Shown here: in pieces, positions 25,610 through 37,810 of the stretch | Numbering within the stretch: position 1 is the first letter of the stretch | How the letters are laid out: each line of letters begins with the position of its first letter | DNA from: Okamejei kenojei | Lineage: Eukaryota | DNA length: 64,000 nucleotides | Direction of reading: 5' to 3' | Assembly (NCBI GenBank): GCA_035221665.1 | Contig: CM069140.1 | Coordinates: 42,904,001-42,968,000, forward strand | The notes under the pieces: model-generated | What the model saw: the letters and a program-made list of their open reading frames with translations, nothing else | The model's database searches: none | Told to the model about the DNA's origin: nothing | Made by a program: the position numbers and the translations under genes

Positions 25610-26980
25610 CCCCCCCCCCCGCAATCCCATCCCCTCCACCTCATCCCTCCTCTTCTCTCCCCCCTCCTCTTCTCTCTCCCCTCCACCTTCTCTCTCTCCC
25701 CCTCCTCTCTCTCCCCACCGTCTCTTACCCCTCCTCTCTCTCCCCTCCTCTGTCTCCCCCTCCACTCACGCCTTCTCCTCTCTCCCCCTCCAATCCCTCT
25801 CCCCTCCCCACTCCCCATCTCCCCTGCCCTCTCTCCTCCATCTCTACCACCCTCTACCCCCCTTCCCCTCCACCCCCCTTCCCCTCCACCCCCCTCCACT
25901 CCCCATCCATCCTCCACCTCTTATTCTCCTCCCCCCTTCTCCACCATCCTCTCCTCTTATCTCCCCCTCCTCTTCTCTCCCCCTCCACCTCTCCCCCCTC
26001 CTCCTCTCCCCCTCCTTTTGTCTGCCCCCTCCAATTCTCCCCTCCTCTTCTCCCCTCCAACTCTCCCCCTCCCCTCCCTCCCTCCTCCTCTCCTCCTCCC
26101 CTCTCCCTCCCCCTCTACTCTCTCTCTCTCTCTCTTCCCTCTATCTCTCCCCGCTAATCTCTCTCCCCCCTCCGTCCCTCTCACCCCCTGCCTTTCCCCC
26201 ACTCTCCCTTCTCTCGCTCCCCCTTCTCTCGCTCCCTCTTCTCTCTGTCCCCCCTTCTCTCTCTCTCTCTCCCCCTTCTCTCTCTCTCCCCCTTCTCTCA
26301 TCTCCCCCCTCCTCTCTCCCCCCTCAACTCTCCCCTCCACTCTCTCCCCCTCTCCTCTCATCCCCTCCAATCTATCTCCTCCTCTCCCCCTCCACTCTCT
26401 CCTCCCCCTCCACTCTCTCCCCCCCTCCTCTCTCCCCCCTCCACTCTCTCCCCCCTCCACTCTCTCCCCCCCTCCACTCTCTCTCCCCCCCTCCACTCTC
26501 TCTCCCCCCTCCACTCTCTCTCCCCTCCACTCTCTTCCCCTCCACTCTCCCCCTCTCTCTCTCTCCCCCTCCAATCTCTCTCCACCTCTCTCTCCTCCTC
26601 CTCCCCTCCCCTCTCCCTTCCCCTCTCCTCTCCCTTCCCCTTCCCCTCCCCCACCATTCTCTTCCCCTACATACCCTCCCCTCTCTCCCCCCTTCCCCTA
26701 CCCCTGTCTCCCCCTTCACCCACCTCGTTCTCCTCCCCTCCCCATCCTCACCCCCCTCTCTCCCCCCTCCCCCCCCCCACCCACCTCTGTCCTCCACCCT
26801 CTCTCCTCCACCCTCTCTCCTCCCCCCTCTCTCCACTCCCTCTCTCTTCATCCTATTTCCTCACCCTCTCTCCTCACATTCTCCTCACCCTTCTCTCCTC
26901 ACCCCTCTCCCCATCTTCTCCCTCTCTCCCTCCTCCACTCCCTCCCCTCCTCCTCCCTCCCCCTCTCTCCCCATCCCCAA
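25610..26980. repeat. polypyrimidine/polypurine (C/T-rich) low-complexity tract
   Basis: ~1.4 kb almost entirely C/T on +, with internal CCCTCCACTCTCTC repeats. Confidence 0.95.
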
Positions 26981-27539
26981 ATTCAGTATTCCTAGCCTTT
27001 CAGCCTCAGATTCGTTCTTGGATTATTTCTCCTCTGTGCAAAATATACTGGTTAAAGGGACAATGTGTGGATTGTTTTCGAAGAGAAAAAGAGGCGGGTT
27101 TTCAAAGAGAAAAAGTAGGAGGTTTACTCCTGAGATAAGGCATCTGCTGTGCTATTTCACTGCTTGTATTTCTGGTATTGACAATTTTTTTCCTAGATAC
27201 AATTCCTTTTACAATTCTAGTAAAATGTTGCCTTTTTCCTGTCGCTTTATGAAAATGGGAAACTGATACAAAAAAAATGGATGTACAATTTAGGATCAGA
27301 ACAAAGTTCTTTATTATTCTGGGAAAAAAATGTTAGAAACACTCAACAAGGGAGGTAGCATCTGTGGAGAGAAGCAGTTAATTTCAGATCCAGGACCTTC
27401 ATTCACTTGACTTCCATCTGCAGTATTTTTTGCTTTTCTATTATTGCTCTGTGTTGTTAACAACAATTTACCACAGAAGATGAAAACAGAGAACATCAAT
27501 AGTCAGGAAATCTGTTAGAGCAAGCTTTTACGTGAGTCA

Positions 27540-28175
27540 CGATCATGGAGTCGTAGAGCTATTCAACACTGAAACAGACTCAACCCAACTTATTCCTGTC
27601 AAACCAAGTTGCTTAAGTGAGCTAGTCCCACTTGCCTCGCACCTGGCCCATGGCCTTTCCAACGTTCCTATCCATTGTACTTGTCAATGAGTTTTTCAAA
27701 TGTCATAATTATACCCAACCCTACCACTTTCTGTGGCAGCTCCTTACAAATAAGCAACAACCTTTGTCTGAAAGAGTTGCCTCTCTGATTCCTTTTAAAC
27801 CTTTCCCCTCTTATCTTAAACCCAATGTGGCCTTTTGTTTTAGCCTTACCTACCCTGGGGAAAGACTGACTATGTGTTTTATCTATGCCCCCCATGATTT
27901 TATGGACCACTATAAGGTCGTCGCTCAGCACTTATGCTCCAGGGGAAAAGTCCAGCCTCACCTTATAACAAACTCTCCATAGAGTCATACTGCCCTGTGG
28001 CCCAACTTGCTCATGCCGACCAACATGCCCAACCTGCCTGCATTTGGCCTATATCCCTCCAAAACCTATCCTAACCATATACCTATCAAAACGTTTTTAA
28101 AATGTTGTGATAGTGCTTGCCTCAACTACCTCCTCCGGCAACTTGATCCATATACCCACCACGCTTTTAGTAAAA
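27540..28175 (-). mobile_element. degenerate CR1 3' fragments (two adjacent)
   Basis: DLIVVHKIMGGIDK..KTKGH..KIRGERFK..WKELP-like translation plus a second tail copy at ~27975-28175. Confidence 0.65.
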
Positions 28176-28228
28176 AAAAGTTGCCCATGCAACACCCCGC
28201 TTCTCTGTGTTAAACTCCATCAAACATG

Positions 28229-28330
28229 GAGTCTGAAGAAGGGTCTCGACCCGAAACGTCGCCTATCTCCTTCGCTCCTTAGATGCTGCTGCACCCGCTG
28301 AGTTTCTCCAGCTTTTTGTGTACCCTCCAT
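28229..28330 (+). mobile_element. Penelope pseudo-LTR fragment with hammerhead motif
   Basis: Near-identical to 13856-13952. Confidence 0.8.
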
Positions 28331-28799
28331 CAAACATTCCTCGGCCCACCTGCCCTCCAGTTATTCCAGCGTCAGTAACATCCTTGTAAATGCTACAAGG
28401 ACATAGAGATAGGTTAAGTGATTTGGTAAAGATCTGGCAAAGAAAGGGAATAATGTGGGGAAAATATAAAAGATCATATTGACAGGATTTAAAAAAACCC
28501 ACAATATCCAAATGCTGAGAGCTTGCAGATCTCCAGCATACAGAGCAAACTGGGTGTCCAAGTATGTGATGTGCAAATTGATTTGCAGAATGTGATTTGC
28601 AGTATGGAGATGGAGCAAGTTGAATGAGAATGTAGGAAAGAACTGCAGATGCTGATTATAGATTGAAGGCAGACACAAAATGCTGGAGTAGCAGCGGGGC
28701 AGGCAGCATCTCAGGAGAGAAGGAATGGGTGACATTTCGGGTCGAGACCCTTCTTCGGAGTTACTTTAGCATTTTGTGTCTACCTAGGACAGATGAGAG

Positions 28800-29340
28800 G
28801 TTTTTTGGAGAATTAAATGCAAAGTAGGGAGATTATGTTTCAGCAGTATTAGTGAAATCATTTAGCATTGGTGAGATCACATCTGGAGTAGGTTATTGGT
28901 TACACATAAGGTTGAATGGGGATACATTGGAAGGAATTCAGATAAGTTTTATCACCTGGAATGGGTGTCTGACTTGTGAGTAAAGGTTTGATGGACTAGT
29001 CTTGTGTGCACTGCTGTTTAGAAGAGTGAATTTGGTTGAATGAAATGTACAAGATTCTGGGATCCTTGACAAGTTGGATGTGGAGATGGTGTTTCCTCGT
29101 GTGGGTGGAATTAGAACCAGGATTCTATGTTTAAAATAAAAGGAGGTGGCAATTTAAACCAACTGAGGCATTTTTGTTTCTCACAGTGAGTTGTGAGTCT
29201 TTATAATAATTTCATGAAAGGGTGGTAGGAGAGGCTCTGTTTTAAGCAGAGCTAGATAGATCCTTGATAATTAAGTGATTAAAAGATTATTGCAGGTAGA
29301 TGGGATTGCAGAGTTGAGGTTACGATCACTTTGAATTATC
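28800..29340 (+). mobile_element. old CR1 LINE fragment
   Basis: Degenerate GCATTGGTGAGATCACATCTGGAGTA and AGAACCAGG motifs of CR1 ORF2. Confidence 0.55.
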
Positions 29341-29358
29341 AAGGAGAAGACCTCCTTA

Positions 29359-29576
29359 AGGGCCTGTCCCACTTTCACGACCTAATTCACGACGTCTGCC
29401 GAGTTTGCCCTTGACTCCTACTCACAGCATGGTTGTCACGAGGTCGTAGGTAGGTCGTGATGCTAGTTGTAGGTACTCGTGGTATCAAGTAGGTCGGAGC
29501 GTTTTTCTAGCCTGATGAAAAATGTCCACGCGTAAAAAAAGGTTGTGAATTAGGTCGTGAAAGTGGGACAGGCCCT
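29359..29576. mobile_element. PIF/Harbinger-type MITE (218 bp)
   Basis: ~33-bp TIRs AGGGCCTGTCCCACTTTCACGACCTAATTCAC, 3-bp TTA TSD. Confidence 0.88.
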
Positions 29577-30179
29577 TTAAGGTTGGCAACAGCTAGAACA
29601 TTATGTCTCCAGTTGTTCTGCCACAGCCCTATTTATGCAGGGCAACCCAAGGTAAAACCTATGTCAATATGTCATGTGCTCAGTTTCATTCTCCCCATGA
29701 GTGAATGTCATACAATGTTATGCTGCAAAAATTTTTTTGCTGCAGTCCCCATTTTATTTATTTATTTTCATTCATAATTACTGCAGTAGTATTCCAAGCG
29801 TTGTGTTACTTGCTATATAAATACTTATAATCCACAACTGATCATTCATAGAATCTGTAAACACTGTTTATAGAAAACTGCACACTTTCTTATTACATAA
29901 CTAATCTGAATTTGAATTATTTATAATCTCATTTCTGCATAGGAAAATGTTGAAGATAATGTTGAATAAAAAATATAATGTTCATACAAAATAGATCTTT
30001 TATTAAAGTACATATATGTTGGTTGATGTCATGATAGCATGTTTAAGGTTATTCCTCACCATCCGTGATTAGAATACTGGAAATTAAAGCCACTAATCTT
30101 GATTAGACTACATCAAAAATTAAAGGAAGGTTAGATTTTCCTAAATTAACATGTCAGAATTTTCTTACCTGAAATAACT

Positions 30180-30653
30180 GCTGTCTGAAGTCCTGGTTAT
30201 TATTCAGCAGGAGTGCAGGCCATGAACACGGAATAAAATGCAGCATTATATGACATCATTGTCTGTTTGAGAATACAAATCAATCGAGGCATCCGAAAAG
30301 AGCTGTTAGTGGAACATTGGTAGAACAGACTAGTCCGACAGGCCTCAGAAACACTGCTTGACTGGATTAAGTGTGGATGATCAATGCCGTGCTTTGATGC
30401 TGTTCTGTCCACTGCCTTCTGCTTGTTTCATTAGCTTGGAACACAATTAAATGTGCTGGCATGCCATATCACTTGGTATTAAATTAGGATAATTGATTGT
30501 TGGTGATAAATGAAGAAGACATGACGACTTGCCCTTAAGGAGAAAAATCTCACGAGATTTCTCATGAGTGATTAGAAAGCTGAGGGACAGACTTTCAGAG
30601 CTCAGCGGCAACTGCACAGGGATGCAATTGTCTGACAATTAACAAGAGCAGAT
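30180..30653 (+). promoter_or_regulatory. putative internal promoter / 5'UTR of the short PATJ isoform
   Basis: Repeat-free block immediately upstream of the ATG at 30654; CRE/AP-1-like TGACATCA at 30251-30258. The TSS is unknown. Confidence 0.45.
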
Positions 30654-30675
30654 ATGGTGCAAGGTGGGTTTCCAG
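30654..30675 (+). CDS. PATJ: alternative first coding exon of PATJ (CIPP-type short isoform)
   Basis: ATG GTG CAA GGT GGG TTT CCA G|GTAAGA = MVQGGFP, phase 1 (same as the 16645-16795 donor). Recalled mouse CIPP N-terminus MVHGGFPEKIRQRY; not checked against a database. Confidence 0.8.
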
Positions 30676-31519
30676 GTAAGAATACAGAAATTTATGATTG
30701 TCATGCTAGAAAGATAGCTATTTGAATTGCGAGTGAGAAAAATCTTTCTTATACCATATATCATTTTACTCTCAGGAAATCAACACCTATTTATTCAAGC
30801 GTGGAGCAATTTTCAAATGAATTTAACTACTGAGACTGCAGTGCATTTTAAATATTGGGTAGTTACTATATCAATCGATGGTGAAAAATGTCCTTAAAGA
30901 ATTAACTATTTTGTTGACAGGAAAGGTGAGGATATGAGACCGATTGTAATTACACTCTCATTGTTGTAATTTATTTTTATCAGGGCATCACATACACCAG
31001 AACCAGCCCCTGCCTTTTCCCCCCCAAAAAGGCAGTGTTATTTTAAACTTTATACCTTTACCCTAGATTCTCATTTGAAGCACAGATACTTATATAATCT
31101 CATTGACATTCATGAAACAAAATCTTGTGATTCGAGACTGTCATACAGATGGGCCAATTTAGGTTATTTTTCTGCTAGAACAACTAACAATACCTTAATA
31201 GCATTTGTAGGCAGATCGGAGGTAAATTTGAAGGTGATATTGGGGTAAAGCTACAATGTTTCATTATCTGTTAAAGTGAAAATCCAGCTCTGACTTCAGC
31301 AGTCTAAACCCTTTAGTGTGGAAATATAGCCATGCACAAATTCATTTTTCAGATTATTATTATCTTTGTGCTTATGTTACTATGTTGTAGCATTTTTGTT
31401 TTTTTTTCCCCAAATATATGTGACATGTATTAAATTAATTAGAAACCTCAGTTTAGCAATCTCTTCTTCAATGGCATCATAGATTTACAAAGCAGTGCCT
31501 TGGTACAGCATCGTTCACT

Positions 31520-32328
31520 CAGAAGATGTGATGGTGGTTGGTGGGGGGCGCTGCGAGTCGGCTGCCCTGCCAGCAACGTGTTCGTTATTTCAACTTTTTT
31601 TGTTTTTATTGGTGTGTCTAAATGTTAGTTTAGGTGTCTCTTGGTGTGTGTTGTGTGAGGGGAAGGGGGGAACCGCTTTTGGTCGCCTCCTCGACGTAGA
31701 GGCGACTTTTTCCATGTCGCCTCCCTCGCGGCCTAACAGAGTGGATTGGAGCGGCCTTTCCCGGAGTCGGGCCCAGAGCTTCAATAGTGGGCGCAGCGTG
31801 GACTTTTCCATCCTGGAGCGGGCGAACCCTTGCCGGGGAATACCAGAGAGGAGTGCTCCGATTGCTAGCCTGGTGACTTTGACATCATGGGGCTGCGGTC
31901 TGCGGAGCTTCTAGCCAAGGACATGGCGTGGACTTGCCATCCGGAGTCTGGGATCCCTTACCGGGGATGGCCGGAGAAGAGCTCCGACCACCGGCCTGCG
32001 GCCTGTATAACATCCTGAAGCCGCGGTCTCCAGTAGGAAAGTCAGGCACTCCACAGAGTGTGTTTGACCGTCCTTGGTTTGATCATCCCGAAGTTTGATC
32101 ATCCTGACGAGAGTGCCTGTACATCGGGTCGTCCCTTAGCAGTGACTACGGAGGGTTTATGGCCCCGACCATGGATGAACATAGGAGGAGGACTGACTGA
32201 ACTGGTGGTGGATGTTTGTGTTAAATTCTATTGGGTATGGTGTGTTCTTTTTAAGTGTATCACTGCTGGAAAATTCATTTCACTGCACTTTTTGGTGCAA
32301 GTGACGAATAAAATTGACTTTGACTTTG
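31520..32328 (+). mobile_element. non-coding GC-rich non-autonomous retroelement (LINE-dependent)
   Basis: CpG-rich block in an AT-rich intron ending TTTCACTGCACTTTTTGGTGCAAGTGACGAATAAAA(TTGACT)n, a Rex1/RTE-like 3' tail; no RT motif. Confidence 0.55.
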
Positions 32329-33929
32329 GCAATATTGTGAATATCTAAATACAAAATGGACTTTGAATTAAAGCAAATGGTAGATAAAGTTCATTATTTG
32401 TATTCATATATTGCAATTTGTCAACTTGCATTTGAGTCTGCTGTAAATGTGTTTGTATTGTGCCAACCACAAGTATAAACTGGAAATCTCATCTACAAAT
32501 ATGGTTCATTTATATTCATATGCACAATCATCAGTTTTTGAGTTGGAGAAAATATTAAGAAACTTGGGTAATTTACCATGATATGACCATATCCTTTTAC
32601 CATAATGTTATTACATCCTTGACAGGGGAGGTCTGTTCTTGAAGTTCACCATCACTCTAAAATATTTTGTTGGGTTGTTTTAACATCTATTAAATGAGTG
32701 AATGTCATTGAGTGTATAGTGTTGAGATTCTTGAATGGTGTTGTAGGTGCACCCATGCATGTAAAGTGTTCCATTATCTACCTGAGAAATGCTTGTAGCT
32801 GGTGAGAATGGCTAAGGCATTTGAAGCAGAACAATGAGCCTCTGATCCCCTGATGGTCCAATTGAGTTTTTATTACAAGAGTGATGTTAATGGTGGACCT
32901 TCAGCATTGGCAATGCTTAGTTTCTTGCAGCTTAAATCGCATTGTCTCTTACTACCATATGTTGGCTATGATAGAATGTACTGATTCCCCTTTTTCAGAG
33001 CTGCACATCTTCCTACTCCAGAGCTTTCTCACTGCTACCAAGATTAACAATAGTTAGTGGCCTTTCGGGCTTGTGCAGCTAAGTAAAGATAGAGTGATGA
33101 ATCAGTTGCTTCTAACACATCCAACAGGCAGTGGTGATGAGAAAGACCTTTGGATCTGCACAGAATGTCAGCACATGGAGCAGTCACTGTCTGGCCTTGG
33201 TAATGGTCTGTACTCGCCATGTCTGCCAAGGTGTAGCACTGAACCCCACATCTCAGTGCTGAGTGGCTGAATCACTCACAGCCCACCAAACACCAGCCAC
33301 TTCTAACTGAGTCATGAGTGAATCATGGAAGCACCAGCACAGGGCAGGTTGCTGGCACAGCCGCATGCAGCCCAAGTGGAGATCCTTCTCAAACTATCAC
33401 GGGGTACATATTTGTCAATGTTCAGATTCAAGAACCAACTGGACTATAACAAGCCAATGCCCTGTGAGTACTATGCACTGGATCTATTTTGATATTGTGG
33501 ACAGAACTTTCCGTAGCAGTTTTTACATGAGGTGATATTATTGTAGTTATACTTCAATATTGTACTGATTTGTCGAGTTATGTCAAATTGACTAGAAATT
33601 GATCTCTGATGAGGTCAAGGTTTATCCATTTGGCACTTCTGAGTAAATACTATTGCAAATACTTCAGTCTTAATCACTGACTAGGCTCCATGACTAATTC
33701 TGTAGTTTGGTTTATATGCTTTTATATTTTTGTGTAAAGGGTTAAGGACCAGTTAAGAGTCAAATTGTTTACATGGGTTAGTAGCCATCAGAGTTTAGCA
33801 AAGGATAGTAAGTTGCCTTACCCAAAGCATATTCGCGTATGGTTTGTATGTTATGAGAGATCAAGGGTTTCATGATTGCCCTAACTGAAAATAGCTTTTT
33901 ATTCTTTTTTTTTGTTTGGCATTCAGTTC

Positions 33930-34475
33930 AGATAATTGTGAGGTGGTGCATTTTGGAAAGTCAAACATGGTTAGGACTTTTATAGTGAACAGTTAGGTCA
34001 GGTGGAGTAGTGTGGAACAGAGAGACCAAGGAGTACAGGTACATAGTTCCCTGAAAACATGTGATAGGTTGACTGAGGAATGAAGAAGGTGTTTGTCACA
34101 CTAGCGTTCGCCTATCGCCTATCTGCTTCGCTCCTTAGATGCTGCTGCACCCGCTGAGTTTCTCCAGCCTTTTGTGTACCCTTGATTCTCCAGCATCTGC
34201 AGTTCCTTCTTTAACACTTTGGAGTATAGTGTATAGTTTTGGTCACCCTTCTATAGGAAACTTTGCCATTAATTAGGAAAGAGTGCTGAAAAGATTAATG
34301 AGGATGTTGCCAAATGACTGAGTTATCGCAAAAGGCTGGGTGGATGAGTTTTTATTACTTGGAGGTTTGCTAGAAGGCTGTGGGGGACCTTAAAGATGGG
34401 TATAGGATCATGAGGGTAATAGAAAATGTGAAATCATATCGTGTTTTTTGTCTCGGGGAAGGGGAGTCAATAAGT
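33930..34475 (+). mobile_element. degenerate CR1 fragment interrupted by a Penelope pLTR piece (34105-34217)
   Basis: CEVVHFGKSN..EQRD.GVQVH and LEYSV.FWSP motifs flank a copy of the CTCCTTAGATGCTGCTGCACCCGCTGAG repeat. Confidence 0.65.
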
Positions 34476-34494
34476 AGAGTTAATTCACTCTGGT

Positions 34495-34857
34495 TAATTC
34501 AGACCGTAACGGTCTGGTCGCCTGGTCAGGCCGCCGGTCCGTTACGGCGATTACGTGTGATCCTGTATTCCTGTGCTTTACTGTTTGCATTCACCCTAGC
34601 GCATGAAACGGGGTCGCCCTGTCACTCACTGTTTGTTTTGGTAGAGGAAGGATGTAGATGATATGTGTATACACCTTTAATTGATAGTAACGATGTCCAT
34701 GCTAACCACTCCCCCACCAGTTAGTATAATTGTAACCCACATGCCCCTAGTTCTCTCTCTAGTGATCGTGACAGACCACGTACAGCCAGGGCTATATATA
34801 TAATGTATGCTTAATAAAGTGGTGAAGACTTTAAGGTGTCTGTGTACCTTCTCTACA
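34495..34857 (+). mobile_element. Gypsy LTR retrotransposon 3' remnant (integrase tail, PPT, 3' LTR)
   Basis: RSGRLVRPPVRYGDYV* tail; PPT AGAGGAAGGA; LTR 34653-34857 TGTAGA...TCTACA with TATA and AATAAA. Confidence 0.8.
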
Positions 34858-35679
34858 GACGGGTCCTGACCCAAAACATCACCTGTCCATGATCTCCAGA
34901 GACGCTGCTTGACCCGCCGTGGTACTCGAATACTTTGTGGCTTACTCAACATTCTAGCACCTGCAGTTCCTTGTGTGGCAATAACAACAGGACATAGGTT
35001 GGAGAGGAGAGGGGAGACATGTACAAGGGGACCTGAAGGAGACAGAGGGTTGTGTGTATATTGAATAAGCTTCCAGAGAAAGTGGTTGAGGCAGATACAA
35101 TAATGACATTTCAAAGACATCTGGGGAGGTACATTGATTGGAAAGGTTTAGAAGGAAATTGGACAAACATAGGCAATCTAGCTTGGGTTGATATGGACGA
35201 GTTAGACTTAAGGACCTGTTTCCGAGCTGTATTACTCGATGACTCTGTGACTGGAATGGTGGGATTTGAACTCTAGTATTAATATTCATATCTGTGACAT
35301 AAATAGAATGAGAGCAATGTTTATGCATCTTACAAAAAGACAGATAAAATGACATGTTTTTAATTTGATTGGTGCTGCCTGTCCAGCTGAGTGGCTTAAT
35401 TTAATGCCATATTTCTAGCATCTAGAAAATGTTGCCATATTCAAGATATTTTCATTTCTTGGTATTACTAAAATTGTGAAAGTGAGAAACAAAGGATGAA
35501 ATATGTAAATATAATCCAGTGGTAGTTAGAATTTCAAATAGCCTTCCACTTATGCTCAACAACCTTAACTCTTCGGAAAGATATGTTCTGCGATTCAAGA
35601 GCATGCACAGGAATTTAAAAATGTCTCTTTTGGAGGGCATATTGAACACATACATGTATGCATATTCATAATTATAAAT

Positions 35680-37810
35680 AATTTATTGATCCCCTCAGGG
35701 AAATTCAGATGTCCAGAAGCCCCCAACCAACAAATCCACACATTCAAAACGAACGCAGACAGAAAAATACATAAAATACAATAAAATACAATGTGGACAC
35801 TACCTGAGAGCAATAAATACTTTAAAAAGACCAATAATTAACAATTAAAATTTAAAAAATCCAAAAATGCATCCCCCTACAGCCTAGTGAACCGAATTAT
35901 AAAATCTAATGGCTGCAGGGTTGAAAGATCTCCTGAACCGCTCCGTTCTACAGGGCAGGGAAAGGAGCCGGTTGTTGTTCCGAGTGCTCTGTTGACCCTC
36001 CAGAATTACATGGAGGGGATGCCCGGGGTTTTTCAGGATGACCTGCACCGTACGTCATATACGCCTCTCAAGCACATCCATCCCAGAGTCCACTCTCCCC
36101 TCCAGCACTGAGCTAGCTCGTTTAACCAGTTTGTTCAGTTTCTTGTTGTTTTTTGCACTAATGCTGTTGCCCCGGCAGAGAACAGCGTAGAAAGTGACAC
36201 TTGCAACCACAGTGTTGTAAAACATGTGCAGCATATCATTACGCACATTGAAGGATTTGAGCCTTCTGAGGAAAAAGAGTCTGCTCTGGCCTTTTTTGCA
36301 GAGGGCGTCAGAGTTGACAGACCAGTCCAGTTTATTATCCAGGTGCACTCCAAGGTATTTATATGTCTGCACCACCTCAATATCAGCCCCTGCAGCGTTG
36401 ACCGGCTGAAGGGGGAGCTTGGACCTGCCAAAGTTAACCACCATCTCTTTAGTCTTAGTTGTGTTCAGGATGAGGCAGTTCTCTTTACTCCAGGCACAGA
36501 AGGCACTGGTCGAGTTCCTGTATTCCTCCTCTTGCCCGTTCCGTACACATGCCACAATCGCTGTGTCATCTGAATATTTCTGTACGTGGCATGTGTCAGA
36601 TTTATGTCTGCAGTATACAGGGTGAAGAGGAATGGGGCCAGAACTGTTCCCTGTGGGGCTCCAACATTGCACACTACTGTCCCGGAAACACAGTCCCCCA
36701 GCTTAACAAACTGTGGTCGACCCGTCAGGTAGTTGTATATCCAGGAGATAAAGGTGGAGTCCACCCCCATCTTCTTAAGCTTGTCTTTCAGAATCAGGGG
36801 TTGGATGGTGTTGAACGCACTTGAGAAGTCAAAGAACATAATCCTCACATAGCCACCTGGTTCGTCCAAAAAGGAGTAAATCCGGTGCAGCATGTAGAGG
36901 AGTGCGTCATCCACCCCAATGTTCTCCTGGTATGCAAACTGTAGTGGATCTAGTGCGTGCTCGACTTGTGGTCTCAGGAGACAAATAAGTAGCTGCTCCA
37001 TTGTCTTCATGATATGGGATGTGAGGGCCACCGGTCTGTAGTCGTTGATCTCGGTCGGCCGCCCTGCTTTGGGAACCGGCACGAGACATGTTTTCCACAG
37101 ATCTGGTACCCTCCCTGACGGGAGACTCAGGTTGAAAATGGTCTAGAGAGACTCCGCCAGCTGAGCCGCACAGTCTTTCAGTAGCCTGGGACATACACCA
37201 TCAGGGCCAGCTGCTTTACCAGGGCGCAGCCTCCTCAGCTCAGCTCTCACCTCGTCCGCCGTGAAGAACAGTTGAGGAGATGCTGGCATGGGAGGTGCTG
37301 CAGCTGTGGTGTTGGGGCGGCTGCCTCGTGGAGGTGATGGTGGGGGAGAGGCTGCGCCTGTGGAGGTGGGAGGGGATACCAGGTCAAACCTGTTATAGAA
37401 CAGGTTAAACTCATTGGCCTTATCCACGTCTCATTACGGCAGGTTTCTCTTCTCCTTGAAGCCAGTGATGGTCTTCATTCCTCTCCACACCTCTTTGATG
37501 TTGTTCTGCTGTAGTTTCCTCTCCAGCTTCCTTTTATCATCCCCTTTTGCCTGCTTCATGCTCCTTTTCAGGTGGTGCTGTACCCTCTTGATCTTTTCCC
37601 GGTCACCAACCTTGAAAGCCTCCTTTTTCTCGTTTAGGAGGCTCTTGATGTTGCTTGTAATCCAAGGTTTGTTATTGGGAAAGCAACAAACAGTTCTTAC
37701 TGGCACAACAACATCCCTACAGAAGTTGATGTAGTCCGTTATGCATTCAGCCATCCTGTCGATGTCCATACTGCTGTTGAATTCCAGTGGCTCCATCAGT
37801 ATGTCTCAGT
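35680..37810 (-). mobile_element. Rex1/Babar LINE, 5'-truncated, frameshifted RT
   Basis: NDYRPVALTSHIMK, DPLQFAY, FFDFSSAFNTIQP, GAPQGTVLAPFLF, KYSDD, YKYLGV. Confidence 0.92.

Noticed and set aside
25587-27266. 559-aa and 468-aa Pro/Ser/Leu-rich ORFs and their Gly/Glu/Arg-rich antisense ORFs
   Set aside because: Stop-free only because the tract is almost pure C/T; no domain or splice signals.
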